A stretch of 58,472 nt of DNA from Planctomycetota bacterium (lineage in GTDB: Bacteria; Planctomycetota; UBA11346): NCBI GenBank assembly GCA_013696105.1, contig JACCZE010000230.1, positions 1 through 58,472 on the forward strand. The letters run 5' to 3'. This document shows positions 49,161 to 58,472 of this stretch, piece by piece (the stretch's first letter is position 1; each line of letters begins with the position of its first letter). Position numbers and translations under genes: made by a program. Below the pieces are notes generated by a model that saw nothing but the letters and a program-made list of their open reading frames with translations, was not told where the DNA came from and ran no database searches.

Positions 49161-50306
49161 ATGAATGTGTATTTCTGCGATAGCTGCGGGGTGAGGGTCA
49201 CCGATGTCGACCTCCACAGCGGGCATGGCATGCGCCGGCGCAACGATGTCATCTGCGCGACCTGCATCGATCTGGGCCACGGCAAGGATTGGATGCAGAA
49301 GGGCCAGGCCCCGGTGCTCGCGGCCGTCGGCGCCGGGGTGGCAGAGGACGCCGACCAGCAGCGCGCGGCGCAGCGACCCTCGTCGCCGATCATCGCGGTC
49401 GCCCGCGATCGCGCGCGCACCGTCGAGGAAGAGGAAGAGCCCGCGGCCGTAGCCCCGGTGGTGATGCGCGCCGACCTGTCGGCACATGTCGTCGAAGGGG
49501 TTCCCGATCTCGACGATGATTCCGCCACCGCCAAGGTCCCGATCCTGCATCAGAATCTGGCGTCCACCGCCGCCGGCTTCGCTGCGCTCGGTCAGCCAGT
49601 GGACGAGTCCAGGTCGTCCGATGACGATGACCTCGAAGAGACCCCGGTTCCGCAGAAGCCGGATGACACCGGCGCGGAATCCATCCTCGCGCCCACGGCC
49701 GCCCCCGCTCCGGGCGTATCCCCATTCGAATCGAGCAAGGACGCGCCGGACACGGACCGCGAGAAGGAAGAGACGCGCATCCCGTCCTCTCCCGACACCG
49801 AAATCGCGCACAAATCCAGCGATCGCCTGAGCAAATCGCAGAAGAGCGCACGAGGCAAGACCTCGGCGTCGCGCGCAGGCAAGCCCGGGAAGTCGACCTC
49901 GCGGCGGGGGAAATCCAGCAACCAGCAGATCCTGATCATGAGCGCCGTCACCGGCGTCCTGATCCTGATCATCGGCGTCCTGGTGATCGTGAAGGCGAGC
50001 AATCGCGGACCCAGGACGCCACAGACGATCGTCGAGGACCTGACCAAGAAGATCCGCACCGAGGTCAAGGCGGCAGCCACCACCGCCAAAGCCGCGCTGC
50101 AGAGCAAGGATCCGGCCGCTCTCCAGGATGCCCGGACGAAGCTCATGGCGCTCCAGGCGGACGTCAACACCTTCAATATCGCCGCGCAGAAGGCGAGTTG
50201 GAGCGAGGACAATGTCGAGACCTTCCTCGAACGCGACGTTCACTACCAGGACGTCAAGACGATGCTGCGTTTGGTCAACGACGAGCTGGTGAAACAGCGT
50301 AAATGA
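49161..50306 (+). CDS. Zinc-ribbon / low-complexity / single-TM hypothetical protein
   Basis: N-terminal CDSC...CATC, an acidic then basic disordered linker, TM ILIMSAVTGVLILIIGVLVIV, helical C-terminus. Confidence 0.8.
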   Translation: MNVYFCDSCGVRVTDVDLHSGHGMRRRNDVICATCIDLGHGKDWMQKGQAPVLAAVGAGVAEDADQQRAAQRPSSPIIAVARDRARTVEEEEEPAAVAPVVMRADLSAHVVEGVPDLDDDSATAKVPILHQNLASTAAGFAALGQPVDESRSSDDDDLEETPVPQKPDDTGAESILAPTAAPAPGVSPFESSKDAPDTDREKEETRIPSSPDTEIAHKSSDRLSKSQKSARGKTSASRAGKPGKSTSRRGKSSNQQILIMSAVTGVLILIIGVLVIVKASNRGPRTPQTIVEDLTKKIRTEVKAAATTAKAALQSKDPAALQDARTKLMALQADVNTFNIAAQKASWSEDNVETFLERDVHYQDVKTMLRLVNDELVKQRK

Positions 50307-50313
50307 CCGCCGC

Positions 50314-51534
50314 GTGACCGACCAGGCGACCTCCGCCCGGGACGCAGCATTCCAGGCACTCGATGATCTCTCCGGCGGGCGCATCGACCGGCTCGACGAG
50401 CGCTTCGATCGCATGCGCGCGCTCGATGATCGCGATGCGGGACTCGCACGCGAACTCGCGCTCGGCGCCGTGCGCTACCAGCGGCTCTACGATCACCTCG
50501 CCGCCCGCTTCCTCAAGCGCGGGCCGCAGCCGCCGCCGCTGATGATCGCGTTGCGCCTGGCCTGCCACCAGCTGTTCGCGCTCGACCGTGTTCCTCCGCA
50601 TGCGGCCGTGCACGAGACCGTCGAGTCGCTGCGACGCGCGGGCCACCGCAAGCTGGTTCCGGTGGCGAACGCGGTGATGCGGCGATTGTCCGAGATGCGC
50701 CAGGACACCCGCATCGGCGATGGGCCGCTGGGTCGTATCGCCGCCGAGGACCAGCCCGATCAGGCCGCGGTGCGCCACAGCGTGCCCGATCGCCTGCTGG
50801 ACGATCTGCGTCCGGTGCTGCCCGACGGGAACGAGGATGCGCTCGCAAGCCTCAATCTCGTGCCGCATCTGTGCACGCGCACCCGTCCGGGCAGGCCTCA
50901 GCCGTCGGGCGCGAGCGTCCTCAAGCGCGATGGGGCGCTGACCTGGTGGGACGATCCGCAGGAGGCGCTGCGCGGACCCGTGGCCGACGGGATATGCGTG
51001 GTCCAGGACGCGGCGCAGGGCGACGTCGTGCGCATGAGCGGCGCGCGCCCCGGCGATCTGGTGCTCGATTGCTGCTCCGCTCCCGGCGGAAAGGCCGTCG
51101 CCCTCGCGGATCGCGGCTGCCGCGTGATCGCTGCCGATCTGTCCATCGTCAAGCTGCGCTCGATGCGCGAGCCGGCGATCCGTCTCGCGCAGGACGGCTG
51201 CGCTCCGGCCCTGGCCGCGGGGGCCTTCGATGTCGTGCTCGTCGATGCGCCGTGCTCGAACTCCGGCGTCATCGCACGCCGACCCGAAGCGCGCTGGCGC
51301 TACGAGCCCAAGCAGATCGCTTCGCTCGAGCGGCTGCAGGGCGCGCTGCTGCGCGCCGGCGCGGCGCTGGTCGCCCCTGGCGGCCGGTTGGTGTACAGCA
51401 CCTGCAGCCTGGTCCCGCGCGAGAACCAGGCGATCGCGCATCGCCTCGTTGGATGGCGGCTGCTGATGGAACAACTCTCGTGGCCCGACGCCTGGCGTGG
51501 CGGCGGATACGTCGCGGTCCTGGTCCGCAGCTGA
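50314..51534 (+). CDS. rsmB: RsmB/Sun-family RNA m5C methyltransferase with NusB-like N-terminal domain
   Basis: ELALGAVR, VPPHAAVHETV, VQD, DCCSAPGGK, DAPCSNSG, YSTCS. Confidence 0.9.
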   Translation: MTDQATSARDAAFQALDDLSGGRIDRLDERFDRMRALDDRDAGLARELALGAVRYQRLYDHLAARFLKRGPQPPPLMIALRLACHQLFALDRVPPHAAVHETVESLRRAGHRKLVPVANAVMRRLSEMRQDTRIGDGPLGRIAAEDQPDQAAVRHSVPDRLLDDLRPVLPDGNEDALASLNLVPHLCTRTRPGRPQPSGASVLKRDGALTWWDDPQEALRGPVADGICVVQDAAQGDVVRMSGARPGDLVLDCCSAPGGKAVALADRGCRVIAADLSIVKLRSMREPAIRLAQDGCAPALAAGAFDVVLVDAPCSNSGVIARRPEARWRYEPKQIASLERLQGALLRAGAALVAPGGRLVYSTCSLVPRENQAIAHRLVGWRLLMEQLSWPDAWRGGGYVAVLVRS

Positions 51535-51597
51535 GCGTCGGGTTGCTTTCACCCCCACCGGGATAAAGTCCGCGCTCACCTCGACTTCGGAGCATAA

Positions 51598-52647
<1,050 letters not shown>

Positions 52648-52666
52648 GTCCGCGCGGGGCGGCGGA

Positions 52667-52738
52667 CGGTTGGTGGTTGGTGGTTGGTGGTTGGTGGTTG
52701 GGTGCTTTGTGGTCACCACCAACCATCCACCACCAACG
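52667..52738. repeat. GGTGGTT heptamer tandem repeat with inverted arm downstream of gap
   Basis: ggttggtggttggtggttggtggttggtggttgg ... caccaccaaccatccaccaccaac. Confidence 0.8.
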
Positions 52739-52820
52739 CGCCGGAGTCGCCCGTGCCACCTTCCCTCTCCGGGGGTAGTACCCGGGCGCCTAGACGCTAC
52801 ATAACCATCAGGACCAAGGC

Positions 52821-53582
52821 ATGAAGCTGATCGTCTGCGAGAACCGCGAGGCCTCCGCCGATCTCATCGCCGGGATGCTGGTCACCGCGATCGCCAAGAA
52901 TCCGCGCATCCGGCTCGGCTTGTCGGCTGGCCGCACCAGCCTGCTCGCCTACGAGGAGCTGGCTTGCCGCTATCATGAGAACGGCGGCTTCAGCTTCGCC
53001 AAGGTCACCGCCTTCACGACCGACGAATACGTCGGGCTGACGCCCGAGGACCGTCGCAGCACGCGCTCGATCATGAACGCGCACCTGTTCCGGCAGGTCG
53101 ACATCCCGCGCGAGCAGACCTTCACGCCCCGCGGCGACGTCCCCAATCTCGAAGCCGAGTGCAAGGCCTTCGATCTGCTGATCGAAGCGCGCGGCGGTCT
53201 GGATCTGGTCGTGCTGGGCCTGGGGCATAATGGCCACGTCGGCCTCAACGAGCCCGGGAGCTCACCCAAGAGCCGCACGCGCCTGGTCGAGCTGACGCCG
53301 TCGACGCTCGCGGCCATCTCCGGCGGCGAGCGCTTCCGCAACCTCGATGCGACGCCGGCGAGCGCGATCTCGATGGGCATGACCACGATCCTCGAGGCGA
53401 CGCGCGTGCTGCTGGTCGTCACCGGCCTGGGCAAGGCCGAGGCGCTGCACCGCATGGTCGAGGGCCGCGTCGGCCCGGGCGTGCCCGCCAGCCTGCTCAC
53501 CGGTCACCGCGACCTCACCGTCGTGGTCGACCGCGACGCCGCGTCCAAGCTCGAATCGCGGCACCTCGAGCGCGCGACATGA
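52821..53582 (+). CDS. nagB: Glucosamine-6-phosphate deaminase
   Basis: DEYVGL, GGLDLVVLGLGHNGHVGLNEPGS, AISMG, PASLL..H. Confidence 0.9.
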   Translation: MKLIVCENREASADLIAGMLVTAIAKNPRIRLGLSAGRTSLLAYEELACRYHENGGFSFAKVTAFTTDEYVGLTPEDRRSTRSIMNAHLFRQVDIPREQTFTPRGDVPNLEAECKAFDLLIEARGGLDLVVLGLGHNGHVGLNEPGSSPKSRTRLVELTPSTLAAISGGERFRNLDATPASAISMGMTTILEATRVLLVVTGLGKAEALHRMVEGRVGPGVPASLLTGHRDLTVVVDRDAASKLESRHLERAT

Positions 53583-55528
53583 GCACCAGGCCGATCACAT
53601 CGGCGGAACCGGACTCTGCCGCCACCGGACGCCTGTCCGTTTTGAAGGTGCCCGATGCGCCGAAGACCCTCGTGGAGCTCGCGGCGCGCATCGGCGCGAA
53701 CTCCGAGCTGGTCGAAGCCGCGCGTCAGGTGGCCAAGCGGAAGGACAACGTCCTCGGCCTGCTGCTGCGCGAGCTCACCCGCGAGGAGATCGCCGTGATG
53801 GAGGACCGCGGCTGCCGCGCCTCCGATTGGAACCTGGTGCAGGTCGCGCAGGATTTCGATAGCTTCCGCGTGCGCCGCACGCACTTCAAGGGCGCCTGCG
53901 TGGTCGGCCGTTTCGGTGGCGAGATCGAGGTCTCGCCCGGCCTCTCACTGCCCACCGGCATCTACGACTGCACCCTGGTCGCCTGCCAGATCGGCAACGA
54001 CTGCCTGCTCGAGAACGTGCGTTTCGCCGCCAACCTGATCATCGAACGCGAGGCGGTGCTGTTCGACGTCGGCTCGATCACCTGCACGGGATCGTCCTCC
54101 TTCGGCTGTGGACAGCTGCTGCCCCTGGCCGGTGAAACTGGCGGCCGCGAGGTCCCGATGTGGGCCGAGGGCACCGTCGACACCCTGGCCATGGCGACGC
54201 GCCAACGCGGCGATGCCACCGGCCAAGCCGCGCTGCGTGACGCCGTGGCGAAATACACCGCCGCGGTGAAGAGCCCGGTGGCGTGGGTCCGCCGCAAGGC
54301 GCGCGTGCTGCACAGCAACCGCGTCCGCGACGCCTACATCGGCATGGGTGCGGTGGTCGATAACGCCCTTGATCTTTCCAATTCGACCGTGCTCTCGAGC
54401 GTCGACGAACCCACCGAGGTCACGGGCGGCGCCGCCGTCACCGACTCGATCCTGCAATGGGGCGTGAAGATCACCGGCAACGCCATCATCCGCCGCAGCG
54501 CGATGCTCGAGCACAGCGCCGCCGATGAGCACGCTGCGGTCGAGAGCAGCGTCATCGGCCCGAACACCACCATCTCCAAGGGCGAGGTCACCGCGACTCT
54601 GCTCGGCCCGTTCGTCGGCTTCCATCACCAGAGCCTGCTCATCGCCGCCTACTGGCCCGAAGGCAAGGGCAACATCGCCTACGGCGCGATGGTGGGTTCC
54701 AACCACACCGGACGCGCCCCCGACCAAGAGATCTGGCCCGGTGAGGGGGCGTTCTTCGGCCTCGGCTGCGCGATCCGCTTCCCCACCGATTTCAGTGAAG
54801 CTCCGTACATGGTCATCGGCATGGCCGTGAGCACGCTGCCGCAGCGGGTGCGCTTCCCATTCAGCCTGATCACCGTCCCTGCCGAGACCATCGACGAGGC
54901 GGCCAAGGTCCCGCGCGCCTACAACGAGCTGATCCCGGCGTGGGGCCTGTACTCCAACGCCTACGGCCTGGTGCGCAGTGAGCTCAAGTTCCGCCAGCGC
55001 GACCACTCGCGCCGGCACGACATCGACTACAAGGTCCTGCGTCCGCACATCATGCGCCTGGTGCAGGACGCCTACGACCGCCTCACCGCGGTGAAGACGA
55101 TCAAGACCGCCTACCTCGACACCGACATCGAAGGCATCGGCAAGAACTTCCTACGCGAAGCGACTCGCTTGAAGGCGATCCAGTACTACGGCCAAGCGTT
55201 GACTCGCTACGCCCTGCGCCTGCTCCTGAACGAGCGCGAAGGCAACCTGCAGATCCCGGGCTCGGCCGAGATCGCCCACGAACTCGCCGACCGTTTCCTG
55301 CCGAAATCCGATTTCGACGTGCGCATGCGCCGCCTGGTCGAGATCGAACGCGACAACGCCAAGCTCGTCCAGCAGAGCAAGCACCAGGACGACGAACGCG
55401 GTGCCCGCGTCATCCCCGGTTACGCCGACGCCCACACCTCGGCCGAAAAGGACCGCTTCGTCGAAAGCGCCTGGGACCGCGTCAAGCGCACCGAGGAGCG
55501 GGTCGCCGCGGTTGGCGTCCGCATCTGA
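53579..55528 (+). CDS. DUF4954-like protein with left-handed beta-helix-like region
   Basis: RELTREEI..MEDRGC..SDW, ETGGREV, GEV...LLGPFVGFHHQSLLIAA.WPEGKGN..YGA.VGSNH; ATGA overlap with nagB. Confidence 0.75.
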   Translation: MSTRPITSAEPDSAATGRLSVLKVPDAPKTLVELAARIGANSELVEAARQVAKRKDNVLGLLLRELTREEIAVMEDRGCRASDWNLVQVAQDFDSFRVRRTHFKGACVVGRFGGEIEVSPGLSLPTGIYDCTLVACQIGNDCLLENVRFAANLIIEREAVLFDVGSITCTGSSSFGCGQLLPLAGETGGREVPMWAEGTVDTLAMATRQRGDATGQAALRDAVAKYTAAVKSPVAWVRRKARVLHSNRVRDAYIGMGAVVDNALDLSNSTVLSSVDEPTEVTGGAAVTDSILQWGVKITGNAIIRRSAMLEHSAADEHAAVESSVIGPNTTISKGEVTATLLGPFVGFHHQSLLIAAYWPEGKGNIAYGAMVGSNHTGRAPDQEIWPGEGAFFGLGCAIRFPTDFSEAPYMVIGMAVSTLPQRVRFPFSLITVPAETIDEAAKVPRAYNELIPAWGLYSNAYGLVRSELKFRQRDHSRRHDIDYKVLRPHIMRLVQDAYDRLTAVKTIKTAYLDTDIEGIGKNFLREATRLKAIQYYGQALTRYALRLLLNEREGNLQIPGSAEIAHELADRFLPKSDFDVRMRRLVEIERDNAKLVQQSKHQDDERGARVIPGYADAHTSAEKDRFVESAWDRVKRTEERVAAVGVRI

Positions 55529-55545
55529 AGACGTCGATCGCGGAT

Positions 55546-58472
55546 GTGCCGAAGTGCTCGATTTTTACCACCCGCTACAGCATCGATGGCTCGGCGATCA
55601 CGCCGCTGTCACCGATCTACGAAAAGCCGATCAAACTCGCGACCACCACCACGCTGCGCTCGCAGTCCTTCCTCGACGGCGTCGCCAGCGCCGAGGTCTC
55701 GGTCACCTACATCATCACCGGGGTGAACAACGTCGGCGCCACGCCGGTGTTTTCGCCCCTGCCCGGGTCGTTCACCGCGCCGACCGCGGTCACCATCACC
55801 TCGACCACGCCCGGCACCACGCTCCACTACACCGTAGACGGTTCCGAACCGACCACCGCGAGCCCGACCTACGGCGCTCCGGTCGCCATCGGCGCCAACA
55901 CCACGCTGCGCGCGCGCGGCTTCGCCAACGGCTACTTCGAGGGCGCGGTCGCGGTGGGGGTGTACACCTTCCAGGTCGCGCAGCCGACCGCGGACCAGGA
56001 TCCGGCCATCGTCCACCCGGGCCCCATCGACGTCACCCTGGCCAGCGCCACGCCGGGCTCGGCGATCTTCTACCGCTTTGATGGCGTCACGCCCGACCAG
56101 GCCACCGGCATCGCCTACACCGGTCCCATCCGCCTCGCCGCCAGCGCCACCATCACCGCGCGCGCGTTCAAGATCGGCTGGACCGAGAGCGCCTCGCTGA
56201 TCGCGTCCTACACCATCAACCAGGGCGTGAACGCGCCGCCGTCGTTCACCGGCGGCGCCGACCAGACCGTGGCCGAGGACGCCGGCGCGGTCAGCGTCGC
56301 CGGCTGGGCCACCGCCATCAGCCCCGGCCCCGCCGCGGAGTCCTATCAGACGGTCTCGTTCCAGGTCACCGTCGACCTGCCTGCGCTCTTCGCGGTGCAG
56401 CCCGCGGTATCCTCCGCCGGCACCCTGACCTTCACCCCCGCCGCCAACGCCTACGGCACCGCGGTGGTGTGGGTGAACGCCCGCGACAACGGCGGCGCGG
56501 CCAACGGCGGCGTCGACGTCAGCCAGAACCACCGCCTCGAAATCGTCGTCACGCCGGTCAATGATGCGCCCTCGTTCACCACGGGCGCCGACCAGGTCGC
56601 GCTCGAGGATTCCACCGCCGCCACCGTCGCCGGTTGGGCCACCGCGATCAGCGTCGGCCCCGCCAACGAAGCCGGGCAGACGATCGCGTTCCAGGTGACG
56701 GCCGCGGATCCGGCCCGCTTCAGCGTCGCGCCCGCGATCGACGCGGCCGGCACGCTCAGCTTCACCCCCGCGGCCAACGCCCAGGGCACCACCGTGATCA
56801 CCGTGCGCGCCCAGGACAGCGGCGGCGTCGCCACCGGCGGCGTGGATCTCAGCCCGGCGCAGACGTTCAGCATCACCCTCACCGCGGTCAACGACGCGCC
56901 GTCGTTCACCAAGGGCGCGGATCAGACCGTGCTCGAGGATGCGCTCGCGCAGTCGATCAGCGGCTGGGCGACCGCCATCGCCAGCGGGCCGGCCAATGAG
57001 GCGGCGCAGGTCGTAAGCTTCTCGGTGACCAGCGACAACGCCGCGCTGTTCGCGGTCGCTCCGGCGCTGTCGGCGACGGGTGTGCTCAGCTTCACCGCGG
57101 CGGCCAACGCCAACGGCGTGGCGGTCATCACCATCGTCGCCAACGATGACGGCGGCACCGCCAACGGCGGTATCGCCGCGAGCGCGGCGCAGACCGCGAC
57201 CATCACCGTGACCCCAGTCAACGATGCGCCGTCGTTCACCAAGGGCGCGAACATCGCCGTGCTCGAAGACGCGGGCGCGCAGTCGCTCAGCGGATGGGCG
57301 ACGGCGATCGCCGCCGGTCCGGCCAATGAGGCGGCGCAGGTGGTGTCGTTCAGCGTGACCACCGACAATGGCGCGTTATTCGCGGTCGCGCCGGCGCTGT
57401 CGCCGGCCGGAGTCCTCGGCTTCACCCCAGCGGCCGACGCCACCGGCGTGGCGATCATCACCATCGTCGCCAACGATGACGGCGGGGTCGCCAACGGCGG
57501 CATCGCCGCGAGCGCGGCGCAGACCGCGACCATCACCGTGACCGCGGTCAATGACGCGCCGGTCGCCGTCGCCGATGCCTACGCCGCGTTCGAGGATACG
57601 GCTTTGGTGATCGCCGCCGCCAACGGCGTGCTCGCCAACGACATCGACCCCGATGACGCGCAGCTGCTGGCATCGCTGGTCGCGGCGCCGCTGCACGGCG
57701 TCCTGGATCTGGCCGCCGACGGCGGCTTCAGCTACCTGCCTGCGGCCGGATACGCCGGCCCCGATGCGTTCTCCTACCGCACCAGCGACGGAGCCGGCGA
57801 TTCGGATCCGGTCGCCGTCGCGATCACCGTGGCGAGCGTGAACGATGCGCCGAGCTTCGCCAAGGGACCCGACCTGACCGTCGCCGTCAGCGATGGCGCG
57901 CAGACCGTACCGGCGTGGGCCACCGCGATCTCCGCCGGTCCCGGGGAAGGGGGCCAGGCCCGCGACTTCCAGGTGACGAACGATCATCCCGAGTTCTTCG
58001 CGGCGCAGCCCGCCATCGCCGCCGATGGCACCCTGACCTTCACCCCGTCCGCCGCCGGCACGGCCCTGGTCTCGGTGCGCCTGCATGACAACGGCGGCAC
58101 CGCCAATGGCGGCATCGATCTCAGCGCGGTCCAGACCTTCCTGATCACCATCACCGGCGGCGGTGGCAACGGTGATCCGGATCCGGATCCCGTCGCCCCG
58201 GTGATCGGAGCGGTGACCATCGCCATCACCGGCGGTCTGACCGGCGATCAGCAGGATGCGACCAGCGGCGACCATTTCACCAAGAACGCCTCGGTCACCG
58301 TCACGGTCACGGCCAATGCCAGCCCCGGGACGATCGACGGCCTGAGCGTGCTCAGCAGCGATGGCCAGAGCGTCCCGTGTATCGGTGGCCAGTGCACCTT
58401 CACGCCCAGCGCCGAAGGCCGCATCACGCTCACCGGCTCGGCGATCGCCAGCAATGATGGCCTGACCGTGTC
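55546..58472 (+). CDS. Large surface/adhesin-like protein with CHB_HEX_C/FN3-associated and Ig/cadherin-like (VNDAP) repeats; 3' end off window, start uncertain
   Basis: Open frame from about 55546: RYSIDGS...YEKPIKL, HYTVDGSEPT, YRFDGVTP, then repeated ~110-aa units VNDAPSFTKGADQTVLEDAGAQS.SGWATAI..GP.NE and GVLANDIDPD; no stop before the window end. Confidence 0.88.
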   Translation, partial: MPKCSIFTTRYSIDGSAITPLSPIYEKPIKLATTTTLRSQSFLDGVASAEVSVTYIITGVNNVGATPVFSPLPGSFTAPTAVTITSTTPGTTLHYTVDGSEPTTASPTYGAPVAIGANTTLRARGFANGYFEGAVAVGVYTFQVAQPTADQDPAIVHPGPIDVTLASATPGSAIFYRFDGVTPDQATGIAYTGPIRLAASATITARAFKIGWTESASLIASYTINQGVNAPPSFTGGADQTVAEDAGAVSVAGWATAISPGPAAESYQTVSFQVTVDLPALFAVQPAVSSAGTLTFTPAANAYGTAVVWVNARDNGGAANGGVDVSQNHRLEIVVTPVNDAPSFTTGADQVALEDSTAATVAGWATAISVGPANEAGQTIAFQVTAADPARFSVAPAIDAAGTLSFTPAANAQGTTVITVRAQDSGGVATGGVDLSPAQTFSITLTAVNDAPSFTKGADQTVLEDALAQSISGWATAIASGPANEAAQVVSFSVTSDNAALFAVAPALSATGVLSFTAAANANGVAVITIVANDDGGTANGGIAASAAQTATITVTPVNDAPSFTKGANIAVLEDAGAQSLSGWATAIAAGPANEAAQVVSFSVTTDNGALFAVAPALSPAGVLGFTPAADATGVAIITIVANDDGGVANGGIAASAAQTATITVTAVNDAPVAVADAYAAFEDTALVIAAANGVLANDIDPDDAQLLASLVAAPLHGVLDLAADGGFSYLPAAGYAGPDAFSYRTSDGAGDSDPVAVAITVASVNDAPSFAKGPDLTVAVSDGAQTVPAWATAISAGPGEGGQARDFQVTNDHPEFFAAQPAIAADGTLTFTPSAAGTALVSVRLHDNGGTANGGIDLSAVQTFLITITGGGGNGDPDPDPVAPVIGAVTIAITGGLTGDQQDATSGDHFTKNASVTVTVTANASPGTIDGLSVLSSDGQSVPCIGGQCTFTPSAEGRITLTGSAIASNDGLTV

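Overview
GC-rich (roughly two-thirds G+C by eye) bacterial chromosomal window, most likely from a Planctomycetota/PVC organism. Supporting signs are the PVC-signature small basic protein at 8792-8956, a membrane-anchored ECF sigma fusion, a PurS-PurL fusion and an N-terminal-only GlmU. Most of it is housekeeping: pnp-rpsO, thiG/thiS, metF, queG, lpxA, nrpR-gltB-gltD, citrate synthase, a uxuD-gntK-gntE-like sugar-acid operon, cobB-tilS-glmU, ilvC, pgm/manB, purL, plsC-lepB, lptB-holA, rsmB-gap-nagB, and the start of a large Ig/cadherin-repeat surface protein. No rRNA, tRNA or CRISPR array was recognised. The most interesting signals: (1) an unannotated 44-aa ORF at 37502-37636 with a textbook double-glycine leader, just downstream of an ECF sigma factor fused through a TM/signal segment to a transglutaminase-like Cys-His-Asp domain; (2) an apparently catalytically dead REP-associated tyrosine transposase (RAYT) homolog translationally coupled to queG, with GTAG REP-like hairpins nearby; (3) an NrpR-type nitrogen repressor heading the GOGAT operon with a perfect palindromic operator candidate (GGCA-N6-TGCC); (4) a eukaryote-type citrate synthase; (5) families of 7-bp intergenic repeats, including a duplicated 104-bp MITE-like unit. 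All family assignments come from motif recognition by eye; no database searches were run.
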